Shown here: in pieces, positions 31,527 to 42,713 of the stretch
Numbering within the stretch: position 1 is the stretch's first letter
Layout of the letters: each line of letters starts with the position of its first letter
Source of the DNA: Candidatus Omnitrophota bacterium
GTDB lineage: Bacteria; Omnitrophota; Gorgyraeia; Gygaellales; Profunditerraquicolaceae
Reading direction: 5' to 3'
NCBI GenBank assembly: GCA_028713155.1
Contig: JAQTPA010000002.1
Location: forward strand, 8,680 to 72,679
DNA: 64,000 nucleotides
Made by a program: the position numbers and the translations under genes
Notes under the pieces: generated by a model
What the model saw: the letters and a program-made list of their open reading frames with translations, nothing else
What the model was told of the DNA's origin: nothing
Databases searched by the model: none

Positions 31527-32677
31527 AAAATATCGCGATCCTGGGAGCTAGCGGTTCAATCGGCCAAAATACGCTTAGCGTAATACGCAACTATCCGGAT
31601 AAATTTAAGGTTGTTGCTTTAAGCGTTAATTCAGATATAGGTAGATTGTCCAGCCAGATCAGGGAATTTAAGCCCTTAGCGGTTTGCGTAAATGACCGGG
31701 ACAGGGCCCTTGCTCTTTCCAGCAAGATAAAATCCGGGGTAAAGATTTTCAGCGGCCGGCAAGGTTTGGAAGAATTGGTCAGGGATAAGCGGATAGACCA
31801 GGTTGTCTTCGCTATAAGCGGCGCAAGCGCTCTTACGCCCCTGGTGAGTGCGATCGAGAGCGGCAAGGATGTAGCCTTAGCCAATAAGGAAGCCCTGGTC
31901 ATGGCCGGGCCGATAATCCTGCGCTTAGCGCGTAAAAACAAAGTAAGGCTTATGCCGATAGATAGCGAACAGTCGGCGATCTGGCAATGCCTGGAAGGAG
32001 AGGATCGCGGGGCGCTTAAAAAAATATATCTTACTGCCTCCGGCGGCCCTTTACGTAAATTAAATAAGCGGGAGTTGAAAGATATCCGCCTAAAACAAGT
32101 GCTTAAGCATCCCCGATGGAAGATGGGGAGGAAGATTACGGTAGACTCGGCAACCCTGATGAATAAGGGATTGGAATTATTGGAGGCGATGTTTTTGTTC
32201 GGCCTGGCAGCTTCCCAGATCAAAGTATTGGTGCATCCGGAGGCCCTTATCCATTCTATGGTTGAGTTTATTGACGGAGTTTTAATCGCGCAGCTATCCA
32301 CAACGGATATGCGTATCCCTATCCAGTATGCGTTAAGCTATCCGCAGAGGCTAAAGAATACGCTTCCGGAAATAGATTTCTATAAACTGGGGGCCTTGCA
32401 TTTTGAAAAGCCGGATTTTAAAAAATTTCCGTGTTTGGGCCTGGCCTACGCAGCTGCCCGTAGATTAGGGACGTTTCCTTGTGTTTTAAACGCCGCTAAC
32501 GAAGTGGCCGTGGCTGAATTTTTAAAAGAGAAGCTGAAGTTTAGGCATATCCCGGAAGTGTCGGCTAAAGTTATGCGCTCTCATACTAACAAGCTTAATC
32601 CCGCGCTAAGCGATATCCTGCAGGCCGATGCCTGGGCCAGGCAGGAAGCGCTCCGGGTAATCGCGAGGTTAAATTAA
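31523..32677 (+). CDS. dxr: 1-deoxy-D-xylulose 5-phosphate reductoisomerase
   Basis: IAILGASGSIGQNTL NADPH motif; 384 aa. Confidence 0.9.
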   Translation: MKNIAILGASGSIGQNTLSVIRNYPDKFKVVALSVNSDIGRLSSQIREFKPLAVCVNDRDRALALSSKIKSGVKIFSGRQGLEELVRDKRIDQVVFAISGASALTPLVSAIESGKDVALANKEALVMAGPIILRLARKNKVRLMPIDSEQSAIWQCLEGEDRGALKKIYLTASGGPLRKLNKRELKDIRLKQVLKHPRWKMGRKITVDSATLMNKGLELLEAMFLFGLAASQIKVLVHPEALIHSMVEFIDGVLIAQLSTTDMRIPIQYALSYPQRLKNTLPEIDFYKLGALHFEKPDFKKFPCLGLAYAAARRLGTFPCVLNAANEVAVAEFLKEKLKFRHIPEVSAKVMRSHTNKLNPALSDILQADAWARQEALRVIARLN

Positions 32678-32680
32678 AAG

Positions 32681-33763
32681 ATGTTCAGTCTGGTCATATT
32701 CTTTCTTATTTTAAGCATTTTAATCGTAGTCCATGAGTTCGGCCATTTTATCATCGCTAAAAGAATAGGCGTGCGGGTGGAGCAGTTTTCTTTAGGGTTC
32801 GGTAAGGTATTATTCCGCAAAAAGAAAAATGGCACGGATTATACGGTTAGCGCTATTCCCCTGGGCGGATTTGTGAAAATGGCCGGGGATAATTTAGAGG
32901 AATACAGCGGAAAGCCCGATGAATATTTTTCCAAGGCTCCGGGAAAGCGTTTTTGGATAATCTTCTTTGGCCCGCTGCTTAATTATGCCTTGGGGATTTT
33001 ACTCTTCTGGATGATCTTTTTTATCGGATACCCCACGCTGACGACCAAGATTGGCGGGTTAATCGATGGTTTCGGCGCCAAGGAAGCGGGGCTACAGTCC
33101 GGTGATATCATTACCGCCATCGACGGCCAGAAAACAAAAAACTGGGAAGATATACAGAAAGTAATTTATGCCAGGAAATCCGCTGAAGCGGTAGATGTTT
33201 CTTTTTTAAGGCTGGATAAAGAATCTACGGTTAATGTCCGGCTCAAAGAAAAAGTTTTAGAAAATCAAATCGGCCAGAAGCGCAAAATAGCGCTCCTGGG
33301 CATAAGCCCTTTTGATGAAGTGGTTACGGTAAGGCACGCCTTTCTGGAGTCATTGGGTTTGGGCCTGGGCAAGGCCTGGGATTTAACGCTGATGACTTAT
33401 GCTGCTCTCGGGCGCCTAGTTAGCGGGCATTTATCTATGCGCGAATCAATGACCGGGCCGTTGGGTATATTTTTTATTACTTCTAAAGCCGCCCAGCTCG
33501 GAGTGATCGCGGTTTTACATTTAATGGCGGTATTGTCCTTGAGCCTGGCAATTTTTAATCTTTTGCCCTTACCTATATTGGACGGCGGCCATATCGTGTT
33601 TTTAGCTTTAGAAAAAATAAGGGGTAAGGCTTTAAGTATTAAATCCGAGCAGATTATCAATAAGATAGGCTTTAGCTTTATTTTGTTCCTGGTTTTTCTG
33701 GTTACCTATAATGATATTGTCAAAAACTTCGGGGATAAGCTCTCTAAGTTTTTCGTGAAATGA
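32681..33763 (+). CDS. rseP: RIP metalloprotease (site-2 protease) with single PDZ domain
   Basis: HEFGHF zinc motif in TM1, a PDZ segment and a C-terminal LDGG motif. Confidence 0.85.
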   Translation: MFSLVIFFLILSILIVVHEFGHFIIAKRIGVRVEQFSLGFGKVLFRKKKNGTDYTVSAIPLGGFVKMAGDNLEEYSGKPDEYFSKAPGKRFWIIFFGPLLNYALGILLFWMIFFIGYPTLTTKIGGLIDGFGAKEAGLQSGDIITAIDGQKTKNWEDIQKVIYARKSAEAVDVSFLRLDKESTVNVRLKEKVLENQIGQKRKIALLGISPFDEVVTVRHAFLESLGLGLGKAWDLTLMTYAALGRLVSGHLSMRESMTGPLGIFFITSKAAQLGVIAVLHLMAVLSLSLAIFNLLPLPILDGGHIVFLALEKIRGKALSIKSEQIINKIGFSFILFLVFLVTYNDIVKNFGDKLSKFFVK

Positions 33764-33766
33764 AAT

Positions 33767-34840
33767 ATGAGGATTAAGAGGAGAAAATCAAGAGTAGTAA
33801 AAATCGGCAGTCTCTCTATCGGCGGAGCTAACCCCATTGCTATACAGTCAATGGCAAAATGCAAGACTTCCGAAGTAGCTAAGGTTATCCGGCAGGTGCG
33901 TGGGTTAGAAAAAGCCGGTTGTGAGATTGTGCGCCTGGCAGTTAAAGATAGCCAGGATGCAGCCGCCTTAAAAAAGATTAAAAGACAGGTTAAGATTCCG
34001 CTGGTAGCGGATATCCATTTTGATTACCGCCTGGCCCTGGAAGCGATCGAGAGCGGCGTGGATAAAATCCGGCTTAACCCGGGGAATATCTATAAAAAGG
34101 AAGAAGTTAAAAAAGTAGTCAGCGGCCTGAAGGCAGCCAAAATACCTTTACGTATCGGCTTAAATTCAGGGTCAGTAAAAGACGTCTCTTCTAAGGGTAT
34201 GCCGGATAAATTAGTGAATAGCGCGCTGGGTTACATCAGGATGGTGGAAGGTTTTAAGTTCTATGATATCGTGGTTTCCTTAAAGGCCTCGGATGTCCTG
34301 GATACAGTCAGCGCTTATAAAAAGCTGGCTAAGCTTTGCGATTACCCGCTGCACCTGGGAGTTACGGCTACCGGTTCTCCTTTTAGCGGCGCGCTAAAAA
34401 CAAGTGTCGCTTTAGGGGCTTTGCTATTAGACGGAATTGGTGATACAATAAGGGTATCCCTCACTGACGAGCCGGTCCAGGAAGTTTACGCTGCCCGGTG
34501 TATTTTAGAAGCGTTAGGCCTGCGCAATTCCGGGGTCAGCCTGATAAGCTGTCCCACCTGCGGCCGCTGCGAAGTAGATTTAGTAAAAATAGTCCGGGAA
34601 TTAGAAGAAAAGTTAGAGCCGGGTGCTGTAAGGTTCAGTTCTGCGCGGCCCTTAAAAGTCGCGGTAATGGGCTGTGTGGTTAACGGCCCGGGCGAAGCAA
34701 AAGAAGCGGATATCGGGGTAGCTTTTGGTAAAAGCGAAGGCCTCTTATTTAAAAAAGGTAAGCCCGTAAAAAAAATCGCCTATTCTGATTGCGTGGATAT
34801 TTTATTAAAGGAGATGGCTAAAGAGTATGTTCTGGACTAA
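33767..34840 (+). CDS. ispG: 4-hydroxy-3-methylbut-2-en-1-yl diphosphate synthase
   Basis: GcpE fold with the C-terminal [4Fe-4S] cysteines SCPTCGRC...GCVVNGPGE. Confidence 0.9.
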   Translation: MRIKRRKSRVVKIGSLSIGGANPIAIQSMAKCKTSEVAKVIRQVRGLEKAGCEIVRLAVKDSQDAAALKKIKRQVKIPLVADIHFDYRLALEAIESGVDKIRLNPGNIYKKEEVKKVVSGLKAAKIPLRIGLNSGSVKDVSSKGMPDKLVNSALGYIRMVEGFKFYDIVVSLKASDVLDTVSAYKKLAKLCDYPLHLGVTATGSPFSGALKTSVALGALLLDGIGDTIRVSLTDEPVQEVYAARCILEALGLRNSGVSLISCPTCGRCEVDLVKIVRELEEKLEPGAVRFSSARPLKVAVMGCVVNGPGEAKEADIGVAFGKSEGLLFKKGKPVKKIAYSDCVDILLKEMAKEYVLD

Positions 34841-36008
34841 AACTTTTATTCCTACGCTCAAGGAAACACCGCAGGACGCCGAATCAATCAGCCACCAGCT
34901 TTTACTGCGCGCTGGGGCCGTGCGCATGCTGATGGCCGGGGTCTATTCCTACCTGCCTTTAGGTTTAAAGGTTTTAGGGAATATTGAGAATATTGTCCGC
35001 CAGGAGATGAATTCCTGCGGAGCGGTAGAATTATTATTACCGGCGTTACAACCGCTGGAGCTATGGCAGCGTTCAGGCCGCGACGCGCTAATCGGGGAAG
35101 TAATGATTAAGTTCACTGACCGCCGCGGTAGAAAGATTTGTTTGGGCCCCACGCATGAAGAAGTGATTACGGAGCTGATTAAAACCCAGGTGTCCAGCTA
35201 TAAGCAATTACCGTTAATTTTATATCAGATCCAGACTAAATTTCGCGATGAGCTGCGCCCGCGTTTTGGCCTGGTGCGCGCCTGTGAATTTATCATGAAG
35301 GACGCCTATAGCTTTGACCAGGACGAAGCGGGTTTGGATAAAAATTATCAGGCGATGCACGCGGCTTATTTAAGGATATTTAAAAGATGCGGACTGGATA
35401 TTATTACTACCGAAGCGGACTCCGGGGTAATGGGCGGAAAGGTCTCGCATGAATTTATGGTTCCGGCTAAGGACGGCGAAGATGTAGTTGAGGTCAATGC
35501 GGAAAAGGTAAACGCCATTGAGGTAGGGCATATTTTTAAATTAGGGACCAAATACAGCGCTTCTTTGGACGCGAACTTCCTTGACGCGCAAGGCCAGCTC
35601 AAGCCCGTAATCATGGGTTGTTACGGCATCGGCGTCTCCAGGCTGATCTCCAGCGTGATTGAGCAGAATAATGATAAAGACGGGATCATCTGGCCGCTGG
35701 AAGTAGCTCCTTATAAAGTCATGATTTTGGTTTTAGACGCCGGGGATAAGAAAATTATGGATTTGGCTTTGGCTGTTTATCAGGAATTAGAAAAGAATGG
35801 GATAGAGCCGCTCCTGGATGACCGCGACGAACGGGGGGGAGTTAAATTTAAAGACGCCGACCTTCTGGGGATACCTTTACAGGTCATTGTCGGAAAGAAC
35901 TCTTTAAAGGATGGGACGCTTGAGCTTAAAATCCGGCGCAGCCAGGAAAAGATTATTCAGCCCAAAGAAGGAATATTGCGGGAAATAATAAAACTTAGCA
36001 ATGGATAG
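34827..36008 (+). CDS. proS: Prolyl-tRNA synthetase, compact form without insertion/editing domain
   Basis: Class II motifs (FRDELRPRFGL, GCYGIGVSRL) and a C-terminal anticodon-binding domain. At only 393 aa there is no room for the INS domain. Confidence 0.75.
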   Translation: MFWTKTFIPTLKETPQDAESISHQLLLRAGAVRMLMAGVYSYLPLGLKVLGNIENIVRQEMNSCGAVELLLPALQPLELWQRSGRDALIGEVMIKFTDRRGRKICLGPTHEEVITELIKTQVSSYKQLPLILYQIQTKFRDELRPRFGLVRACEFIMKDAYSFDQDEAGLDKNYQAMHAAYLRIFKRCGLDIITTEADSGVMGGKVSHEFMVPAKDGEDVVEVNAEKVNAIEVGHIFKLGTKYSASLDANFLDAQGQLKPVIMGCYGIGVSRLISSVIEQNNDKDGIIWPLEVAPYKVMILVLDAGDKKIMDLALAVYQELEKNGIEPLLDDRDERGGVKFKDADLLGIPLQVIVGKNSLKDGTLELKIRRSQEKIIQPKEGILREIIKLSNG

Positions 36009-36459
36009 AGAGAGCTTGGTTAACGAATTAAAAGTTTTTCTGGAGGATTTCCTGAGAAGCCGGAACTTAGACCTGGTAGACCTTATCCATAGGTATGAAG
36101 GAAGGGATTTAGTTTTACGTATCCTGCTGGATAAGCCTGAAGGAGGCATAAGTATCGGTGAATGCGCCGGGCTTAACCGCGAAATAAGCGATCTGCTGGA
36201 TGAAAAGAGTATTTTACAGGAGAAATATATACTGGAGGTATCTTCTCCGGGCTTGGACAGGCCGTTAGAGACAGAGAAAGATTTCTTGCGTTGCCTGGAT
36301 AAAAAGGTAAAATTTTTCTTAAACGAACTTATTAATGGAAAATTGGAATGGGACGGGACTATTGCCGGGGTCAACTCGGGAATAGTTTATATTAATACGC
36401 AGGCCGGAGCCATGGAAGTGCCTTTGGCCAGGATCAATAAAGCAAAGCGCATAATCTAG
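36001..36459 (+). CDS. rimP: Ribosome maturation factor RimP
   Basis: 152 aa; DLVDLIHRYEGRDLVLRILLDKPEGGISIGECAGLNREISDLLD matches RimP. Conserved rimP-nusA-infB order. Confidence 0.75.
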   Translation: MDRESLVNELKVFLEDFLRSRNLDLVDLIHRYEGRDLVLRILLDKPEGGISIGECAGLNREISDLLDEKSILQEKYILEVSSPGLDRPLETEKDFLRCLDKKVKFFLNELINGKLEWDGTIAGVNSGIVYINTQAGAMEVPLARINKAKRII

Positions 36460-36461
36460 GA

Positions 36462-37712
36462 TTGGAGATTAAGATGAGTCAGGAACTATTAGCGATAATT
36501 GAACAGATTGAGAGAGAAAAAGGAATTAAAAAAGAGGTGTTAATTCAGGCGGTAGAGAGCGCGATGCTCAGCGCCGCCAAGCGCGTGATTGACCTTAAGC
36601 CCGATGAGGAATTCCGGGTTGAGATTGACCGCAATAGCGGTAAAATACGCGCCTGGAGGAATGCGGAAGAAGTTACCTCCATTGATTTTGGCCGTATTGC
36701 CGCATCCACTGCCCGCCAGGTGATTATTCAAAAGATGCGCGAGGCGGAAAAAGACGTTGTTTTTAACGAATTCCAGGGCAAGGTCGGAGAAATCGTCAGC
36801 GGCACGGTTTACCGCTTTGAAAAAGGCAATATTATTATTGACCTCCTGGGTAAGGCTGAAGGGATTTTACTCAAGCGCGAACAGTCGCCCAAAGAGGAAT
36901 TCAAGCAGGGCCAGCGCCTGCGGGCCTATGTTTTGGATGTAAAAAAAGATGCCAAGGGCGCGCAGATTATTCTTTCGCGCACGCATCCGGCCCTGGTAAG
37001 GAAATTATTTGAGCTGGAAGTCCCGGAGATCTATGAGGGGATTGTTGAGGTTAAGGCTATTTCCCGCCAGGCAGGAGAGCGTACTAAAATCGCCGTCTAT
37101 TCCAAGAATGATAAGGTGGATTCAGTCGGCGCCTGCGTGGGCATGCGGGGTAACCGCGTCAGGAATATCGTGAATGAGGTTTACGGAGAGAAGATCGATA
37201 TCGTGCGTTTTAACGACGATATCCGCGAATATATTAAAAACTCGCTTTCTCCGGCTAAGGTTTCCGAGATAAAACTGGATAAAGAGCATCAGAAAGCCGA
37301 GGTTATTGTTGACGATGACCAGTTGTCTTTAGCTATAGGTAAGCACGGCCAGAATGTGCGCCTGGCTTCTAAGCTTATCGGCTGGGATTTGGATATCCGC
37401 ACCAAGGCTACGGCAGCCGAAACCTTGGCTAAGGAAGAAGCCAAAGCCAAAGAAGAAAAAGCGGCTGCAGCGGCAGAAGAAGCTTCCGCGGTTGAAAAGA
37501 AGTCTAAGAAGGAAAAGAAAAAGAAGAAGGCCGCTGTTTCCCTGGAAGAGTTATCCGGCATAGGAGAAAAGACTTTAACCAGCTTAAAAGAAGCAGGGAT
37601 CAATACGCTGGCCGGGCTACTTGCGGCAAAAGTAGAAGGTTTAACGCAGATAAAGGGTATCGGCGAGAAAAAGGCCGAGAAATTAATTGCCCAGGCCAAA
37701 AGTAAAAAATAG
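36462..37712 (+). CDS. nusA: Transcription termination/antitermination factor NusA
   Basis: N-terminal domain, S1 and tandem KH domains, and C-terminal HhH repeats after a K/E-rich linker. Confidence 0.9.
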   Translation: MEIKMSQELLAIIEQIEREKGIKKEVLIQAVESAMLSAAKRVIDLKPDEEFRVEIDRNSGKIRAWRNAEEVTSIDFGRIAASTARQVIIQKMREAEKDVVFNEFQGKVGEIVSGTVYRFEKGNIIIDLLGKAEGILLKREQSPKEEFKQGQRLRAYVLDVKKDAKGAQIILSRTHPALVRKLFELEVPEIYEGIVEVKAISRQAGERTKIAVYSKNDKVDSVGACVGMRGNRVRNIVNEVYGEKIDIVRFNDDIREYIKNSLSPAKVSEIKLDKEHQKAEVIVDDDQLSLAIGKHGQNVRLASKLIGWDLDIRTKATAAETLAKEEAKAKEEKAAAAAEEASAVEKKSKKEKKKKKAAVSLEELSGIGEKTLTSLKEAGINTLAGLLAAKVEGLTQIKGIGEKKAEKLIAQAKSKK

Positions 37713-37737
37713 TTTTTAAAATCAGGAAGAAGGGGTT

Positions 37738-39879
37738 ATGGTTGTCAAACTAAAGAAAGAAAAGAAACCGGTTAAAAAAGAGACTAAACCTAAGGTTAAA
37801 AAAGCAGCCAAGCCGGCAAAGGCCGCTGTTAAGAAAGCCGCTCCTAAGCCTAAGCTTAAAGTAAAAAAGCCAGCCGCAGTTGAGAAGAAGGCAGCGGTTG
37901 TTCCTGCGCATTTAGCGCCTAAGGCCGAGCCGGCTCTCCCGCACAAGCCGGTTATTAAAGAAGTTATTCATCCCAAACCAGCTATTCATGTGCCCAAACC
38001 AGCTATTCATGTGCCCAAACCAGCTGTTCATATGCCCAAGCCAGCGGTGCACGCAGCCAAGCCAGCGGTTAAAGTTGAAATTGAACCTGAAGTTAAAGTT
38101 ACGCCTGCTGCGCCGGTAATTGAACTTAAAGAATTAGAGCTCGAGCTTCCTATCACCGTGAAGGACCTGGCAATCAAACTGCAGGAAAAGCCCTCCATCA
38201 TTATTAAGAGTCTCCTGGACGCCAGGATAATGGCCGGGATAAACCAGACTTTAGACGAAGCAGTAGTAGTTAAAATTTGCGAAAAGTATGGTTATAAAAT
38301 TAAAAAAGCATTAGGCGAAGAAGAATTAACCTTAAGCGTGCACCAGGCTAAGGATGAGGCTAAAGATTTAAAGCCCCGCTCGCCTATCGTTACTTTTATG
38401 GGCCATGTTGACCACGGTAAGACTTCATTATTAGACGCCATAAGAAAAACTAAAGTTGTCGATTCCGAACACGGCGGCATTACTCAGCATATCGGCGCTT
38501 ACAGAGTAGTCCTTGCGCACGGTGAGATTACTTTTCTGGATACGCCGGGCCATGAGGCTTTTACGGCTATGCGTTCGCGCGGAGCTAAGATTACGGATAT
38601 CGTTGTCCTGGTGGTCGCCGCTGATGACGGAGTAATGCCCCAGACCCAGGAGGCCATCGACCATGCCCGGGCAGCCGGCGTCTCTATAATCGTGGCCATG
38701 AATAAAATTGATAAGCCGGGAGCGGATATTGACCAGGTGAAAAAGCAATTAGCCAAGCTGGATTTGAATCCCGAAGACTGGGGCGGTAAGACTATCATGG
38801 TTCCTGTTTCGGCCAAAACCGGCCAGGGTATCGATGATTTACTGGAGATGATCATTCTGGAAGCACAGATGCTGGAATTAAAGGCCAATCCTAACCGGCT
38901 AGCTAAGGGTATAGTTATTGAAGCCCAGATGTCCAAGGGCCGCGGCCCCGTAGCTACGCTACTTGTGCAAAACGGCACCCTGCATTTAAATGAGAATATT
39001 ATCGTGGGGAATTTTTACGGCAAAATCCGCGCGATGTTTAATGACCACGGCCAATCCGTGACCAGTGTTTCTCCTTCGGTCCCGGTGGGAGTATTAGGCA
39101 TATCGGGCGTGCCCGCGGCAGGAGAGCAGTTCTTTGCTATTTCCGATGAAAAACAGGCTAAGGGCATAGCCGCTAGCCGCCTGGAAAAAGAAAAACAGCA
39201 GCAGATAAAATCCTTTAAGCATATAACCCTGGAAGACCTGCACGCGCAGATCCTGGAAGGAAAAATCAAGGACTTGAAGCTGATCATTAAAGCCGATGTC
39301 CAGGGCTCGCTGGAAGCCATCAAGGAGACTTTAAATAAGTTGAACGTCTCGGAAATAAAATTAGATTTTATACATACCAGCGTAGGTAATATCAATAACT
39401 CGGATGTTATCCTGGCGGTAGCCTCCAATGCCTTGATCCTCGGGTTCAACGTTACGATGGATGAGTTGGCCAAAGAGTTGGTGAGCAAGGAAGGCGTAGA
39501 TGTCCGGACCTATGGTATTATCTATGAATTGGCCAATGATATAAAAGCGGCGATTGAAGGCATGCTCGAGCCGAAGTTAAAGAAGATTTTATTAGGCCGG
39601 GCTGAAATAAGGAAGGTGTTTAAATTATCGCGTTCGGGGACAGTCGCCGGTTGTTTTGTCGTCAAGGGTAAATTTAACCGCATCTGCGTAATCAACCTGG
39701 TCAGGAACGGCCAGCTTGTTTTTGAAGGCAAGCTCTCTTCGCTCAAGCGCTTTAAAGACGATGTGCGCGAAGTAGGCGAAGGTTTTGAATGCGGGATGAG
39801 CCTGGCGGGGTTTGACCAGTTAATGGAAGGCGATATCATTGAAGGGTATGAGATAGAAAAAATAGCCAGGAAACTATGA
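37738..39879 (+). CDS. infB: Translation initiation factor IF-2
   Basis: K/P/A-rich N-terminus and the GTPase domain [14 protein letters not shown]...DTPGHEAF...NKID. Confidence 0.9.
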   Translation: MVVKLKKEKKPVKKETKPKVKKAAKPAKAAVKKAAPKPKLKVKKPAAVEKKAAVVPAHLAPKAEPALPHKPVIKEVIHPKPAIHVPKPAIHVPKPAVHMPKPAVHAAKPAVKVEIEPEVKVTPAAPVIELKELELELPITVKDLAIKLQEKPSIIIKSLLDARIMAGINQTLDEAVVVKICEKYGYKIKKALGEEELTLSVHQAKDEAKDLKPRSPIVTFMGHVDHGKTSLLDAIRKTKVVDSEHGGITQHIGAYRVVLAHGEITFLDTPGHEAFTAMRSRGAKITDIVVLVVAADDGVMPQTQEAIDHARAAGVSIIVAMNKIDKPGADIDQVKKQLAKLDLNPEDWGGKTIMVPVSAKTGQGIDDLLEMIILEAQMLELKANPNRLAKGIVIEAQMSKGRGPVATLLVQNGTLHLNENIIVGNFYGKIRAMFNDHGQSVTSVSPSVPVGVLGISGVPAAGEQFFAISDEKQAKGIAASRLEKEKQQQIKSFKHITLEDLHAQILEGKIKDLKLIIKADVQGSLEAIKETLNKLNVSEIKLDFIHTSVGNINNSDVILAVASNALILGFNVTMDELAKELVSKEGVDVRTYGIIYELANDIKAAIEGMLEPKLKKILLGRAEIRKVFKLSRSGTVAGCFVVKGKFNRICVINLVRNGQLVFEGKLSSLKRFKDDVREVGEGFECGMSLAGFDQLMEGDIIEGYEIEKIARKL
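37966..38070 (+). repeat. Tandem 24-nt (8-aa) repeat, ~4.5 units, inside infB N-terminal region
   Basis: Units of (cat gtg ccc aaa cca gct att) encode [34 protein letters not shown]. Confidence 0.85.
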
Positions 39880-39944
39880 CCCGTTCGCCTCTGCTCAGGG
39901 TCATCCTGAGCGCTTGGCGGATAAAATAAGGATTAAGTCGAAGG

Positions 39945-40925
39945 ATGAAAAAAAGAATACTTAGCGGGATGCGGCCGACCGGAAAATTGCACCTCGGCCA
40001 TTTAGTGGGCGCTTTGGATAACTGGGTCAAGCTTCAGGAGGAATACGACTGTTTCTTTATGGTCGCGGATTGGCATGCTTTTATGAGTGAATATGAGAAT
40101 ACCGCTGAACTTCCCGAGAATATTATTGATAACGTAGTTGACTGGTTGAGCGTAGGGATTGATCCGGATAAGTCCACCGTATTCATCCAGTCGCATATCC
40201 CGGAACACGCAGAGCTGCACGTGATTTTTTCCTGCATTACTCCGTTGGGGCTTTTGGAGCGCTGCCCTACTTATAAAGAACAGATGCGCGAAGTAAAGGC
40301 GCGGAATTTAAATACCTATGGATTCCTGGGCTATCCGGTCTTGCAGGCGGCAGATATCCTTCTTTACAAATCCGATAAAGTTCCCGTAGGCCAGGACCAG
40401 CTCCCGCATTTAGAGCTTACCCGCCAGGTCGCCAGGCTTTTTAATAATTTATCCAAAAAAGAAATTTTCCCTTTTCCTGATGCGATATTGACCAAGACGC
40501 CTAAGCTCCTCGGGCTGGACGGCCGCAAGATGAGCAAGAGTTATTTAAATACCATAAACCTTTCGGACAGCCCGGAAGTAATAATGCGCAAGGTCTCCGC
40601 GATGTTTACTGATCCGAAGAGGATTAAGTTGAGCGATAAAGGCCACCCGGATACCTGCAATGTATTTTCCTATTATTCCGTATTTATGCCGCAGATAAAA
40701 AATGAAGTATATGATTGGTGCCTGGACGCCAAGAAAGGATGCACAGAGTGTAAAAAGATGCTCGCCCTCGCCATTATAGAGAAGCTTGCGCCTATACAAG
40801 AAAAGAGAAAAAGCCTGTTAAAGGATAAGGCGGCCTTAAAGAAAATACTGGATGAAGGGGCTAAAAAAGCTGCGGGCGTAGCGTCCGGGACGATGAAAGA
40901 AGTGCGTAAAGCGGTAAATTTATGA
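39945..40925 (+). CDS. trpS: Tryptophanyl-tRNA synthetase
   Basis: PTGKLHLGHLVGAL (HIGH) and KMSKS motifs. Confidence 0.9.
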   Translation: MKKRILSGMRPTGKLHLGHLVGALDNWVKLQEEYDCFFMVADWHAFMSEYENTAELPENIIDNVVDWLSVGIDPDKSTVFIQSHIPEHAELHVIFSCITPLGLLERCPTYKEQMREVKARNLNTYGFLGYPVLQAADILLYKSDKVPVGQDQLPHLELTRQVARLFNNLSKKEIFPFPDAILTKTPKLLGLDGRKMSKSYLNTINLSDSPEVIMRKVSAMFTDPKRIKLSDKGHPDTCNVFSYYSVFMPQIKNEVYDWCLDAKKGCTECKKMLALAIIEKLAPIQEKRKSLLKDKAALKKILDEGAKKAAGVASGTMKEVRKAVNL

Positions 40926-41683
40926 GCTATAAAATAAAAATAGAGATGTTTGAGGGCCCGCTGGACCTGCTGCTCTACCTGGTCAAAAAAGACCACCTGA
41001 ATATTTACGATATACCCATCGCCAAAGTTACCGAACAATACCTGCAGTATTTAAATCTGATGCAGATGCTGGATTTAAACGTTGCCGGAGAATTCCTGGT
41101 TATGGCGGCGACCCTGATGCAGATTAAATCCAAGATGCTCCTGCCGGCAGAGGAAGGCTCAAGCGCTGAAGCTGAACAGGAAGACCCGCGCGAAGAACTG
41201 GTCAGGCGGCTGTTGGAATATGAAAAATTTAAAGAGATAGCCCAGGACCTGCGCCAGAAAGAAACCGACCAGCGCGAGGTTTTTAAACGGCCCAAGGGCG
41301 AAACAGAAAAGGACTTGAGCGAAAAAAAAGATGTTTATTTCGAAGCGAGCATCTTTGATTTAATTAACGCGTTTTCCCAGGCGCTTAAGGACATACCCAA
41401 AGAAGTTTTTTATGAGGTAGTTAAAGATAAATATACGGTGGAGGAAGCTACGCATGATATACTCCATCTTTTATTAGTCAGGTCCGAGGTGAAGCTTTCC
41501 GAGATCTTTGGCCGGACAAAAAATAAACTGGAAATAATCGTAAACTTCCTGGCGGTATTGGAGTTAATCCGCATGAAAGAGATCATTGCGCGCCAGTCCG
41601 AATTATTCCAGGAGATAGAGATCGTCAGAAACAAAGAGAATATTATTCCTTATGAGCGAAGAAACCAGGCAGGCCCTGCTTAA
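40922..41683 (+). CDS. scpA: Segregation and condensation protein A
   Basis: MFEGPLDLLLYLVKK...IPIAKVTEQYLQYL N-terminus typical of ScpA. Confidence 0.8.
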   Translation: MSYKIKIEMFEGPLDLLLYLVKKDHLNIYDIPIAKVTEQYLQYLNLMQMLDLNVAGEFLVMAATLMQIKSKMLLPAEEGSSAEAEQEDPREELVRRLLEYEKFKEIAQDLRQKETDQREVFKRPKGETEKDLSEKKDVYFEASIFDLINAFSQALKDIPKEVFYEVVKDKYTVEEATHDILHLLLVRSEVKLSEIFGRTKNKLEIIVNFLAVLELIRMKEIIARQSELFQEIEIVRNKENIIPYERRNQAGPA

Positions 41684-42704
41684 GGGAGCGCCTAATATAA
41701 TCAATACTACGGAATCCGAAGAGGATGTTGTTTTAAACATTTCTCTGCGGCCAAAGAAATTCGCGGAATTTGTCGGCCACAAGGAAATCGTGGATAACCT
41801 GAAAGTCTCTATCCAGGCAGCTGTGCAGAGGAAAGAACCGCTGGAGCATGTTTTATTAAGCGGGCCTCCGGGACTGGGCAAGACTTCTTTATCGCATATT
41901 ATTGCCCATGAAATGGGCTGTAAGATTACCGCAACAAGCGGCCCGGCAATCGAGCGCGCCGGGGATTTGATCGGCATACTGACTAACCTGGAAAAAGGGG
42001 ATATTTTGTTTATTGACGAAATACACCGCCTTTCCAAAGTAGTAGAGGAATTTTTATATCCGGCGATGGAGAGTTTCCAGATAGATTTTGTCATTGATAA
42101 AGGCCCCTACGCCAAGACTATAAAATTTAACCTTAAACCTTTTACCCTGGTGGGCGCGACTACGCGCACAGGCTTATTAGCCGCACCTTTGCGGGGAAGG
42201 TTCGGCATATTTTATAACCTGGATTTCTATAAAATTGAAGACCTGACTAAAATAGTGCAGCATTCGGCAGGGATTTTAGGTATTGATTTAGAAGATGCGG
42301 CAGCCGCTGAAATCGCCCAGAGGGCCCGCGGTACCCCGCGTATTGCCAACCGGTTACTCCGGCGCATAAGGGATTACGCGCAGGTGGCCAAAGCAAAAAA
42401 AGTAACTTTAGGGATGGCGGCTAAATCGCTGGATGACCTGGGTATCGATAAGGCCGGCCTGGATAGCCTTGACCGTAAGGTTTTAACGCTGGTCATAGAT
42501 TCTTATAACGGCGGCCCGGTGGGCGTAGAATCCCTGGCAGCAAGTTTAAACGAAGAAGTGGATACTATCGCCGATACGGTTGAGCCGTACCTCTTAAAAG
42601 CCGGATATTTGAAACGTACCCCGCGCGGCCGCACCGCCACAAGACTAGCGTTTGACCACTTCGCTAAAAAATACACCAAAGAGCAGCAAAAAGAATTATT
42701 TTAA
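41652..42704 (+). CDS. ruvB: Holliday junction branch migration helicase RuvB
   Basis: GPPGLGKTSLSHII Walker A, DEIHRL Walker B and a winged-helix C-terminus. No ruvA lies upstream. Confidence 0.9.
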   Translation: MSEETRQALLKGAPNIINTTESEEDVVLNISLRPKKFAEFVGHKEIVDNLKVSIQAAVQRKEPLEHVLLSGPPGLGKTSLSHIIAHEMGCKITATSGPAIERAGDLIGILTNLEKGDILFIDEIHRLSKVVEEFLYPAMESFQIDFVIDKGPYAKTIKFNLKPFTLVGATTRTGLLAAPLRGRFGIFYNLDFYKIEDLTKIVQHSAGILGIDLEDAAAAEIAQRARGTPRIANRLLRRIRDYAQVAKAKKVTLGMAAKSLDDLGIDKAGLDSLDRKVLTLVIDSYNGGPVGVESLAASLNEEVDTIADTVEPYLLKAGYLKRTPRGRTATRLAFDHFAKKYTKEQQKELF

Positions 42705-42713
42705 GGGTACTGG

